IMG/VR virus record: IMGVR_UViG_3300042878_001565
Location: 27,180-91,179 of that record
Strand: one strand, 5' to 3'
DNA from: a virus
Length of the DNA stretch: 64,000 nucleotides
How positions within the stretch are numbered: the first letter of the stretch is position 1; every line of letters begins with the position of its first letter. A program made the translations under genes and the position numbers. The notes under the pieces are model-generated. The model saw only the letters and a list, made by a program, of their open reading frames with translations, had not been told where the DNA came from and did no database searches. Shown one piece after another: positions 11,301 to 19,267 of this stretch.

Positions 11301-12870
11301 TAAAACCACCTATCAAAGCACCACCCAAAAATGTTTCCAATCCTGCAGGTTTTCCTTGATTATCAGCGTTCATTACCCATTTTCCATTTACTTTAACTTT
11401 ACCATGAAACAAAGAATTGTATGAACGATCAAAGTCTTCTGATAAAACATCCCATTGAGAACCGCGTAACTGACGTTCTTGCTCTGTCTTACCATAATAA
11501 TACTTACTTGTATTTGAAATTAAGTCTTGACCAAGTTCTTGCGAACCTTCAGATACACCACTTAATGCAAATTGGCCCCAGTATTCAGCAGCACCACGTC
11601 CACCACGACCACCAAAAGCAACAAGTTTTCCACCAATGTATCCTGGTTGACGAGCAACAACATTAAATCCAGCCTTTCCAATTTTATTTAATTTAAAAGC
11701 TCTGCTTAAAGCTTTTTCGCTTGTAAACATATTATCAAGACCTAAAGCATTTGTTGCATAAATTAAACCAAAGTTTGCGCTGTATGTAGATGAATAAACA
11801 TTATTTCCACGAGAAGTAATATCATTTAATGCATCTTTAGAAAGACTTTGTTCCGGATTAGCCTTATGCCATTGTTTCATTTCATCGTTAACAAATTCTT
11901 GACGAGCCATGTTAGCTTCAAGTTTTGCTTCACCATGCGACATTGTAAATTTACGAGCATCTCTAACAATAGCACCAACACCAACAGATAAACGTGCAAG
12001 ACCATTAAGATCTTTTAATTTATCAGCAGTTCTTAAAAAGTCAATTGTGTTAGCTGCAGGGTTTAATGCATGAAATGCACCTTTACCTAATTTACTCCAA
12101 AATCCACGAGCAGTATTTAAATCAGTAAGATGATCAAAAGTTCTAAAATATTTATTTGATTGCGATGATGCTCTCCAAGCTTTACTTATACCATTAAAAC
12201 CACGCTCTAAATTTTTAGAAGTTCTAGCCAGCGCAGCTGTTCCGCCAAGACCACCACTTAAAAATGTACCAATGGCTAACAATCCTTCTTCTGCAGCAAT
12301 ACCACCAATAATACCAGCAGTATATCCAGCAGATAACATAGCATTACTAGCACTTCCTAATTTACCTTCACGTGTAGAAGAATAGGTTTTCATAATGTCA
12401 CCAAAATCTTCGTAATTATCACTAGCTGAAAGGGAACCTTCTAAAAAAGTATCTTGTGCACCAATACCAGCAAGTTTTAAAAACCCTGTTCCAGCACGAC
12501 CAATATCATCCCATCCATCTGTAGCAGCATTAAAAGCAGTGTTATTATCTTCATATGGATTAAAACCAACTTTACCAAATACATCAGAACCAAAAGACTT
12601 TAATCTTTTTAAATCTGTTTGTGTGTATGAAAAGTTTTGAGATTTTCCAAAAGACTCATTTCGTTTAGGATTTTTTTGTGCAACCAGACTAGAAGCCTGG
12701 TTAAATAATTCTTGATTTTTTTTACGAGAATCAATGCCTTTCTGAATAAGCTCAAGTTTTTTTGCATCTTCACCTGATAGTTTTTGTACAGGTTTATTAT
12801 CAACATATTGAACATCTTTTGCAGATGCTTGATCTACACCGCTGCTTTTACCAGTAACTACCTTTGCCAT
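5344..12870 (-). CDS. Giant cargo/ejection polyvalent protein (2508 aa) with hydrophobic Gly-rich segments, a metallopeptidase-like domain and a C-terminal P-loop (AAA_33/PNK-like) kinase domain
   Basis: AGFYDE...TMLHEMFLHPFL...HHELVARA (zincin-like, ~8440-8690); VVLPIGTSGSGKSTW...ISPDAMR...VVIDTTNL (Walker A at 6421-6444); lies directly upstream of the vRNAP. Confidence 0.75.
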   Translation of the reverse strand: MAKVVTGKSSGVDQASAKDVQYVDNKPVQKLSGEDAKKLELIQKGIDSRKKNQELFNQASSLVAQKNPKRNESFGKSQNFSYTQTDLKRLKSFGSDVFGKVGFNPYEDNNTAFNAATDGWDDIGRAGTGFLKLAGIGAQDTFLEGSLSASDNYEDFGDIMKTYSSTREGKLGSASNAMLSAGYTAGIIGGIAAEEGLLAIGTFLSGGLGGTAALARTSKNLERGFNGISKAWRASSQSNKYFRTFDHLTDLNTARGFWSKLGKGAFHALNPAANTIDFLRTADKLKDLNGLARLSVGVGAIVRDARKFTMSHGEAKLEANMARQEFVNDEMKQWHKANPEQSLSKDALNDITSRGNNVYSSTYSANFGLIYATNALGLDNMFTSEKALSRAFKLNKIGKAGFNVVARQPGYIGGKLVAFGGRGGRGAAEYWGQFALSGVSEGSQELGQDLISNTSKYYYGKTEQERQLRGSQWDVLSEDFDRSYNSLFHGKVKVNGKWVMNADNQGKPAGLETFLGGALIGGFMGPVNTVQSLMFDFTQGGGNKTLYNAAFNRDQYKKDKDSQFKQIQAKAELLNAFIKNEHAFLQEIKKPIFAQKAIQDKILEAVQNGNTKDLEDLKQEAFGLQLQTMFDNDLQDDFVKHLKSMAKDGTAQELNQAFNRTDITEQNASEFRAKLVQKADRVNEHKDQYDKIQNEMINPITVSDLRPSDKDYRANVVRYHAFENLKKEMLVSNVNIQSIADRNKAMDEKLSKSLNLSTIERDSLLDSSSLNQNIEVLETQVEGSKGLDLKGTAKREYDKAVVKLAALKKYKESIDKVEKAEVGEFNESDHSDMFDAYVDVLASFDQTSGLSKEEQRALANRTFDSVYDHVNLTKEGKAFKKLANTLSDPTYAGNFIAEQEKVLNHILDNKTQHISNSLEAFQVRKESSKMMQMLSEKGIYFSLTELDDLVKKGIMPSKFYDIATQKEATDAQLKYAQGVVEGFYKNLTGKVITGGKDGLARKNSRSKADTRKSKDILKQYGLTLNQMIDLNEKEGDVFLNKLISNKDLSNTERELLKAVSTTKAKLIFTDNAEAPVMKVGDVVYIDIRYASSEFKDAQVSFENLVISAIVQEKIAGNIEDNATLKATATRMMEQTKALFLKTVPTANVEGLSMFNNVEEFIIEVLNNKSLQATLSQVKDEVSSSRRSLWTNMMIMVKTSLSKESALNGTMLDRGINIASQALDIPGAIDVQIEDEKTKPKKERKLSTSTNAKSKTEVKRLKDLEKMARKLNKQFGTNVSIVTSTDVAKKIVDSLKNPMHQKFADILFEAVRGYGINDKVIELRKSFDSPALSQLLRDVYNKSESISELIENLKDLTAYEAGQLGPVIDWLTRNADNLQDGIEAVSNIFFQLDDANTAGFYDESTNTAYIVADNVNETTMLHEMFLHPFLVDAERNNVDLYGQLVANAISDDSVREYVIQVYGTEQELGTRQYHHELVARAFDIAAGRVINQKLNRNFLQKLKEFFQRMFKKLMGNQQVAFVDELDFLTTVDELATMIVKDRTQFEFWSDANIKPDAVEIISDFITPTTETEETEETETEETETPFEVVNDTTEERTDLQNRIRNIDAMVNNIAGKLSSGTITKSREITSLNSERTKLLIERKQLQQELDALPVSVSPTTNVVTDTLVDSSLEPIEYSEDDFNYNADGSLIYDQNVPYQQFPLTLQYAMANVFGKSHGNITESEMNVINRYIKDGHKDFIDAIVEYNQNAKAITQSQKDNAARVESERKERKDKPVKEVLSDDELMDHLLTKSGLTIDTSILTDAERSDLIKAFKERALDVPGIIHFIFEKKMLVELEAQDKLDAEAQARYEAEFMELLDAEEEFQRKKDRKKKRATSTSTNLDALTTGTLEFQEEDAKGKLKTVSVKIGKALGRFISIYHPKIFKQEAETFAKSVRDFKREVTAEKKRISDNIKFSENEVLATKELVDLFFKLERKGMLVPVIATEINKKLLEVKNPYRIRIINKKGYKPIGTIYSIEHGTKAQLKGTVALPSVKKENKIIENKLVTEEKDVLSTEEEPRTPEEIDFFSTEEGQKMIEDEFKYLEEYYNSKLFTIETGSYTGALEDLSETERIIYDRAAFEGLYEKEDVKKLDANLKVVLPIGTSGSGKSTWIKSLPADEYVVISPDAMRVEFTGDMNDKSKDTEIYEEVKKRTIAAIKNGKKVVIDTTNLQKERRRDFTNAIKKQFPELSLEYKLMPLDGELAKKRIKAQISKGEDRADVSDETIDRHVKLYNEMLKDIADEPLTKFIEAPKKDPKRDLFTEGLEEKTEQDKAEQELNVLVNAFIKENVKEAPQKAYETHPLHQEFVKKIKNGPTAISLAYAVGVYQYEMQQGSLFSDKQSKVVENIIKEKLAQGFYKNEHSKEDVLMKDGTRYKIMSSTKDTVSVFNVETSNLENLDMLNFLSNIKDVVAEEVPVKKDTFETKPSSKKGKIIKDALQNVFSNFDTSVAADLFVEDSIIETLKTQCK
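8122..8170 (-). repeat. Low-complexity TETEE tandem repeat encoding an acidic linker
   Basis: Repeated (ttc)agtttc units translating as TETEETEETETEETET. Confidence 0.7.
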
Positions 12871-12873
12871 ATC

Positions 12874-15237
12874 TTATTTTTCTTCTTGTTTTTGTAACTC
12901 CTTGTATTGTTTCAAAGCTTCATAAAAATGTAACTCTGCATCATCCCATTTTGTTGAAGATGCAGGACCTATGTTAAATTCCATATCTTCAAATGAACCA
13001 GGCATGATTAACGAAGGTATTGAAGTTTTACCAACTAACATACCTTCTTTATTAACTATTTTTGATTGTTTAAAATCACGTGTATTCAATAAAGGTTTTT
13101 CACCAGTGTAATTGTATGTAAAATCAGAAGTTGATTCTTGAGATGCAGTATAATGAGGATCTTTAATTTTTTGCAATTGATCGTTTGGAATAAACATTGC
13201 CATTTTTTTACCTGTATCTTCATCTCTAAAAACATAAGAACTGAACTGACGATTACCACCAGGGTGTGCATAAAATTCAGCTGTTACATTTTCACCAGCA
13301 GTTTTAAGAAATGAATGTAGTTTTTTTATAGTTTCATCATTTTCTTGAAACTCATTTTTAAATGAATTTAATTTTTTGTCAATATTTTGATCAGTAATAT
13401 AAACGCCACCTTGGATATTGAAAATACTATTTTCAACAGATTGATTATTAACCATTGATAAAACATTTTGAATGGTTTTAAATTTTTCCATGTTGCCTGT
13501 TGAGTTTTTATTAGAAAAATCTAATCCTCTTAATGCCACAACTTGAGATGTGTTGTTACCAAAACCACCAATTTTATTTCCATTTTTATCTTCAGATAAA
13601 ACCATCAATGAATTTTTATATCGTTCAGAAGGATCAACCTCATTAAACTTTTTAACAAAAATTTTATTTAATCTGTCGTATGCTTCATCATATTTTTTTC
13701 CATGTCTATTGTCATCTTGAGTTATTTTCAAACCTACAGGCGACCAATCCGTTTTGCCTTGATACGTATATTTACCATCTTTAAACGTCATTTCATCAAA
13801 GTTAATTTTAGCACCTTTGTATGCTTTTTTCATTGACTCTCTATTCACAGTTTGTTCAAAATCAGCACGAGTTCTAACTCTACCATCTTTTGTTAAAAAT
13901 GAATTAACAAGTGTATTTTGATCAACAAAATCAGATAAAGTAACATCTAAATTTTCACCATACATTTTTTCTTTTGCTTGGTTTCTTGATGCAGAATCTA
14001 CTTTAGACCAATTATTGAATAATAAACCTGTACGAACCATTCCCTGGCGACCTTTTAAAATTTCATCTTTTTGTCTATCGACACCGCCTTGATTAAAAGA
14101 AGCAGCAACTGAATCAGAATTACCATAAAAGTCATCGTGGTTTAAAGAATCATGATGTTTTTCAAACAAATATTTAGTTCCATAAAAACCTAAACTGCTT
14201 GCAAGTTTTGTAACAGCGTCGCCTTGTTTTGCCAGATATGCATATTTAGCTTTTGGATCTTTAATTCCATTTGCTTCTCTTAATATTCCTAACGCAACAC
14301 CGCGATCTTTATTTTTAGAATCTCCTGTAACAGTACCATATTTAGATACATGTGTCAATAAATCTGTAGTATATGCAAATGATTTTTGTGCATTATCTAT
14401 ATCATCCTCATCTAAATCTTTACCACCTGCAGCATACTTATTTAATATTTTTGATGAGTTGGCTGTCCAAGCACCCATAACTGGCGTAGAATACTTTAAA
14501 TACGTTTGCTGTATAGCTTTTTCATGATTGACAATAGTTTTGTATCCTAAATCAAAATTAGTATCAAGCGTAGAACTCATTGCAGGAGCACCTGTTTTTT
14601 TATTCCATACACCAGATGGACCATCATGTTCACGATCATAATCTTTTTGAGCCATGAATTTATTGTCTTCCGGACGTATAACATACTTTGAATCATTTTT
14701 AAAATTCTCTGGAGCCAATGTAGTTTTAAAATCTTGAAACGCGTTATATGCATTAGTGTATGTTGATGCCATATCACTACCACCATTCTTTAATGCTTTT
14801 AGAAATGCAGTATTATGCTTCTCTAAAGTCTTATACTTATCAACAAAATCTTCAGAATATGATTTGTTTTTTTGTTTTAAGTTTGCTAAAACATTTGGAA
14901 TTCCTACATCTATTTGTTTTAAAAAAGGATTATTTTTATTAGGATTAGTTATCTGTTCTGTAATAGCTCTAGCAACAGCATCTCCTTGAGCTTTTTTAGA
15001 GTTTTCAGCATATACTTTAGAAAATTGACCTTCATACATAGAAGCTATAAAACCCATATCAACATCTTTAATACCAAGTTGTTTAACAATTGGTGCATAA
15101 TCAGTTTCAAATTTTTTAGGTGGTACAACTGCTTTAAAATTTTTAAGAGGATCTTTTAAATCAATAGGTGTTTTAGGAACTGAAACAGGTTTATCTGGTT
15201 CAGTGCTCGCTTTAAAATTTTTAAGAGGATCGTTCAT
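12874..15237 (-). CDS. Putative virion cargo protein (787 aa)
   Basis: Long ORF in the cargo block between muzzle and vRNAP; duplicated N-terminal DPLKNFKA; no recognisable catalytic motif. Confidence 0.55.
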   Translation of the reverse strand: MNDPLKNFKASTEPDKPVSVPKTPIDLKDPLKNFKAVVPPKKFETDYAPIVKQLGIKDVDMGFIASMYEGQFSKVYAENSKKAQGDAVARAITEQITNPNKNNPFLKQIDVGIPNVLANLKQKNKSYSEDFVDKYKTLEKHNTAFLKALKNGGSDMASTYTNAYNAFQDFKTTLAPENFKNDSKYVIRPEDNKFMAQKDYDREHDGPSGVWNKKTGAPAMSSTLDTNFDLGYKTIVNHEKAIQQTYLKYSTPVMGAWTANSSKILNKYAAGGKDLDEDDIDNAQKSFAYTTDLLTHVSKYGTVTGDSKNKDRGVALGILREANGIKDPKAKYAYLAKQGDAVTKLASSLGFYGTKYLFEKHHDSLNHDDFYGNSDSVAASFNQGGVDRQKDEILKGRQGMVRTGLLFNNWSKVDSASRNQAKEKMYGENLDVTLSDFVDQNTLVNSFLTKDGRVRTRADFEQTVNRESMKKAYKGAKINFDEMTFKDGKYTYQGKTDWSPVGLKITQDDNRHGKKYDEAYDRLNKIFVKKFNEVDPSERYKNSLMVLSEDKNGNKIGGFGNNTSQVVALRGLDFSNKNSTGNMEKFKTIQNVLSMVNNQSVENSIFNIQGGVYITDQNIDKKLNSFKNEFQENDETIKKLHSFLKTAGENVTAEFYAHPGGNRQFSSYVFRDEDTGKKMAMFIPNDQLQKIKDPHYTASQESTSDFTYNYTGEKPLLNTRDFKQSKIVNKEGMLVGKTSIPSLIMPGSFEDMEFNIGPASSTKWDDAELHFYEALKQYKELQKQEEK

Positions 15238-15246
15238 AATATTAAT

Positions 15247-17034
15247 TTATTTTTTTGTCAATTTTTTATAATAATTTGAAGCATGTGTTGCATAAGGAAT
15301 ATTAGCATAATCTGGTTGAGCACGAACATATTCAGCAAAAGCATCTACATCTTTATCTTCATGTTTAATATTTGCATTTTCTAATCTTTTTTTAAGAAAA
15401 GTTTTAGTTTGTTCTTGGTCATAATATGTATTTCCTGCTAATTCAGATGGACTAACAACATCAGGATAAATATAAGGATCTTGTTGTTCTTTTAACAAGC
15501 CATTATATTTCATTTTTTCTTTTTTAAGTGTAGACTCATATGCAGCTATACCTGACTTAACATTTTCATTAGTAGATTTACCAGCTTTATAGTCAGCAAG
15601 CATTTTACCAATTTCTACATCATCTATTGGTCCAGCACCATTTGCTATAATTGCATTAGAAATAAAACCTATTTTTTTTGTATCAGCTCCATTTTCCATT
15701 AAAGCAATAGCTTCTCGTTGTTCATTTAACTCGTCAGATTTATCTTTTGGTGCTTTTGCAGTAGCTTCAGCTGCATCATTTTTCATTTTTTGAATTTCTT
15801 TATCAGCAGCAATACGTTTATTTTCTATTGTAAGTTTTTGTGAAAACTCAATTTCATTTAATTTATAAGCATCTACTTCTTTTTTTGTACTATAATCAGA
15901 ATACGCTAATATTTTTGCAGAATCTTGAATCTCATCCATCATGAAAGATGCACCAGCTTGTTGATCTAATAAGTTACCAGCTGAAATAATACTCATGTTA
16001 TTATTACGATTAGCAGATACTTTATTTACATACTCTAAATAATCATTTGCTTCTTTACTACTTTGTTGTAAAGCTAAAATTTCTCTATACTCATTGTACT
16101 TTTGAGAACCTTCTTTGATTTTACCTTCATTGATTTGTTTTTCATAAGTGATCACTTTAGAATCAAGTATATCTTTATCAATTTTTAATGTTGATGCAGC
16201 TCTATCAATCTTATCAGTATAAACTTTGTGCTGGCTATTCATATAACCAACCATAGCGTCATTCTCATCTTTGTATTCACCATTATTAATCTTACCTCTC
16301 ATCCAACCTTTTCTTTCAACAAATGCTTTTGTAGCATACATCTCTGTAAATTTTGGATCATCTGCTAATGCTTTTGTAAACAATGCAGTTAAAGGATTAA
16401 TTAATTGTGTGCCATTAGTAGTTGTAACCATGTATCTACCATCTTCTGATAGTTTGTCTGTGGACATTTTAAGACCAGATGCTTTAAAATACGTTAATGC
16501 TTTATCAAATACTTTATTGTATGGAACATAAGTTACATCACCATAACTCATAGCTTCAGTTGAATTTAATCCTTTAAACTCTTCCATTCTATAGTTTAAT
16601 GCATCTACACCTTCTTGCCAGAATTGACCACCACATTTTTCAGGATCAATGCAATTTTTAAATGATTCGGCTTTGCCTATTTCATTATTGTAGTTTTTAG
16701 TCCAAACCATATCCTTAACAATATTTTTGTTAGTGTATATTGATTGGAAAACATTTGCTGCTGCTTGTACGTTTGTATCCAATGAGAAATCAAGACCTCC
16801 CATTTTTTTAATATCATGATTGATTACTTTAAAAAATTCATCACGAGCAGCAACATTTTCAGCTCTGCTCATGTCTGAATTAAGTATGGAACCATATAAA
16901 TCATTAATTTTTTTATGACCTGCAACATACGCAGACTCTTTTGTTTGCAACATTTGTTGATCAAACGCCAAGTTGCTTTGCGTTGGATGTGTCTGTGTTA
17001 CATAATCTGTTACTCCATTTAAAAAAGTTGCCAT
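15247..17034 (-). CDS. Putative virion cargo/ejection protein (595 aa)
   Basis: Helical ORF in the cargo block; MAT-start and synteny typical of crAss-like internal proteins. Confidence 0.55.
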   Translation of the reverse strand: MATFLNGVTDYVTQTHPTQSNLAFDQQMLQTKESAYVAGHKKINDLYGSILNSDMSRAENVAARDEFFKVINHDIKKMGGLDFSLDTNVQAAANVFQSIYTNKNIVKDMVWTKNYNNEIGKAESFKNCIDPEKCGGQFWQEGVDALNYRMEEFKGLNSTEAMSYGDVTYVPYNKVFDKALTYFKASGLKMSTDKLSEDGRYMVTTTNGTQLINPLTALFTKALADDPKFTEMYATKAFVERKGWMRGKINNGEYKDENDAMVGYMNSQHKVYTDKIDRAASTLKIDKDILDSKVITYEKQINEGKIKEGSQKYNEYREILALQQSSKEANDYLEYVNKVSANRNNNMSIISAGNLLDQQAGASFMMDEIQDSAKILAYSDYSTKKEVDAYKLNEIEFSQKLTIENKRIAADKEIQKMKNDAAEATAKAPKDKSDELNEQREAIALMENGADTKKIGFISNAIIANGAGPIDDVEIGKMLADYKAGKSTNENVKSGIAAYESTLKKEKMKYNGLLKEQQDPYIYPDVVSPSELAGNTYYDQEQTKTFLKKRLENANIKHEDKDVDAFAEYVRAQPDYANIPYATHASNYYKKLTKK

Positions 17035-17071
17035 CTTGTAATTTTTATAAAGGTATTAATTAAATGTAAAT

Positions 17072-19267
17072 TTAAGAGTGTTTAGTTGTAACTTCATCTG
17101 GTTTTAATATGTCATCTTCCTTAAATTTCCAGTCACCACTCATCTGTCCTTTCAAAATAGCCAACACTGTTTTTTCATCAGTACCTGCAGGTAATTTAGA
17201 TTTTAAATCACTGTATTTTTGAGCAACATCTTCCGAACTTGTTTCTCTACCATCTAATGGTTTAGCATTTGCTAAATAGATTTTACCTGTAAGAGGATCA
17301 ATTTTTTCGTAGTTACTATTAACATTTAAGTTATAACGATTACTTCTTTCAGTATAAGCATTGTTTATTGCTGCAGTAATTGCATCATCTGCTTTTTCAT
17401 GTGAATTAACAAAGTTTTGTACACGTGTTGCATGTTGAGCCCAAAGATTGGTAGCTTCTTGCGACTCTTGTGCATGTTTAGCATTTGCCAACTGTGTATT
17501 TGATTGATTAACTTGATTATATAAACCAATGTTTTTCGTAGAGTTATCATCAATTGCACCAGCCGCTTTAGCATAAACTTGAGCGTTAATACTATTTATT
17601 GCAGCTTGTGTCGATGCTTGACTTCCAAAAGCACCAGCAGTTCTTATTGCACCAGCCGCTAAAGTATTTGCTTCTGCAATCTTACGTTCAGGACTATCAA
17701 ATTGTGGTTCTAATAAATTAAACTGTGATGCTTTTTGCCATTCAGGAATATTAATAATATGGCGTTTAGCAGCAAAAGTACGATTCATTGTATTTATATC
17801 CTGTATTCTAAATCCATCTGGATTAATAGATGGTGGAATTGGATCTAAATTTTTGATTGTACCTTTTTTATAAACATCTTCTGGTGCAGGTTTTATTGTA
17901 ATAGGTGCTTGAGGGTTACCTTTAAACCCTGCAGTTTGTCCTGTAGTAGTATCAGTATAAATACCATCAGCTTTTGATAACGGATACGCTTTATTATTAA
18001 AAGTACTTTCATCAGCAATTCCTAATTTAGGAGCTTCAAATGGAGATAATACTGTTTGTAAATCTTTACTATATGAATTTTGATTTAATGCTAATTGATG
18101 GAATGCAATATAAGATGCTTGCTCTTGAGCAGTTTTATCTGAACCAGGTATTTCTAAATCTTTTTCTAAACCTTTACCTTTTAAAAAGTCATTTGTATAT
18201 TTTGATGTATTTTTATCAGACGAAGCTTGACCAATTTGTGTATAATCAATTCCATGAGCTCTTAATGCAAGATTTCTTTTTTGCATATCAAGGAAGTTAT
18301 CCATAACTTCTTTTTCAGTACCTGCAGCTGACCATTTTTTATCTTTAATTGCCTTACCGTAATCTCTACCATGTATAGTCGAATTAGTCCAAGCATTATT
18401 GTATTCAGTAAATAATGCTTTTTTAAATTCAGGGTTATCCCGAAGACTTTCAAGGTATTGCCATTGTGCAGCAATTTGTTTATTACCATTAAAGTATTTT
18501 TTTAAATCTTCGTCTTTACCTTTCCATTCAGGAACAACACCTCCACCATCAACGTATTTTTTTATACCGCCTAATGATAAGAATTGTGAATCACCACCAA
18601 GTGCTGCTTGATTCAATGGACCGCCAAACGCAGCTTGTATTGCATCTGTTGCTTGTTCAGCTTGTTCTGCATCAACTGAAAATAATTCTTCTGGTGTAAC
18701 ATGCGTTTTATCAAACCAAGGATTGAATATATCGGTCATTCCATCTTTAAAGTTCTTTTTAGATTCTTGCCATAACGCTAAACTTGAAAGATTAAACGCT
18801 GCATTTTTCATTGTCAATGTAGCACTATCTTTTGCAATTTTATCTTGGTATTCATCTTTAAGAATTGCTTTTGCTGTTGCTAATGCATCTAACCATTTTT
18901 TAGAAACTTCCGCAGGTGTCTTTTCACCTTTACCAGTTTCACCAAAGTATTTTAATAACTCTGGATCTTTGATAATCATTTTACGATTATTAGAAAAAAT
19001 AAAAGAAGAGCTTTCACCTTCTTCTCCAGCAGAAGGTGGATCCATTGGAGTTCCGCCTTTAGCATGAGTTTTACCACCAATAGCTTTTAGTTCAACAAGA
19101 TTATCCACATTACGATTGTAATTAGTCCAAATTGTTTCACCTTTTTCTGCTTCAATGGTAGCCTTTTTTTTATCAATCGGCTTTACCGTCTTATTTAGGT
19201 TCCCATCAGCTTGTCTGTTAGGAAGTCCTACCACTTTGTATTGAGCCATATTATCTATTTCTTTCAA
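17072..19267 (-). CDS. Cargo protein with EAEKGE / GKTHAKGG motifs (likely true start MAQYKV at 19249)
   Basis: EAExGE and GxxHxxGG motifs typical of crAss-like cargo proteins; several xxxGG motifs; Gln/Asn/Ala-rich coiled C-terminal half. Confidence 0.65.
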   Translation of the reverse strand: MKEIDNMAQYKVVGLPNRQADGNLNKTVKPIDKKKATIEAEKGETIWTNYNRNVDNLVELKAIGGKTHAKGGTPMDPPSAGEEGESSSFIFSNNRKMIIKDPELLKYFGETGKGEKTPAEVSKKWLDALATAKAILKDEYQDKIAKDSATLTMKNAAFNLSSLALWQESKKNFKDGMTDIFNPWFDKTHVTPEELFSVDAEQAEQATDAIQAAFGGPLNQAALGGDSQFLSLGGIKKYVDGGGVVPEWKGKDEDLKKYFNGNKQIAAQWQYLESLRDNPEFKKALFTEYNNAWTNSTIHGRDYGKAIKDKKWSAAGTEKEVMDNFLDMQKRNLALRAHGIDYTQIGQASSDKNTSKYTNDFLKGKGLEKDLEIPGSDKTAQEQASYIAFHQLALNQNSYSKDLQTVLSPFEAPKLGIADESTFNNKAYPLSKADGIYTDTTTGQTAGFKGNPQAPITIKPAPEDVYKKGTIKNLDPIPPSINPDGFRIQDINTMNRTFAAKRHIINIPEWQKASQFNLLEPQFDSPERKIAEANTLAAGAIRTAGAFGSQASTQAAINSINAQVYAKAAGAIDDNSTKNIGLYNQVNQSNTQLANAKHAQESQEATNLWAQHATRVQNFVNSHEKADDAITAAINNAYTERSNRYNLNVNSNYEKIDPLTGKIYLANAKPLDGRETSSEDVAQKYSDLKSKLPAGTDEKTVLAILKGQMSGDWKFKEDDILKPDEVTTKHS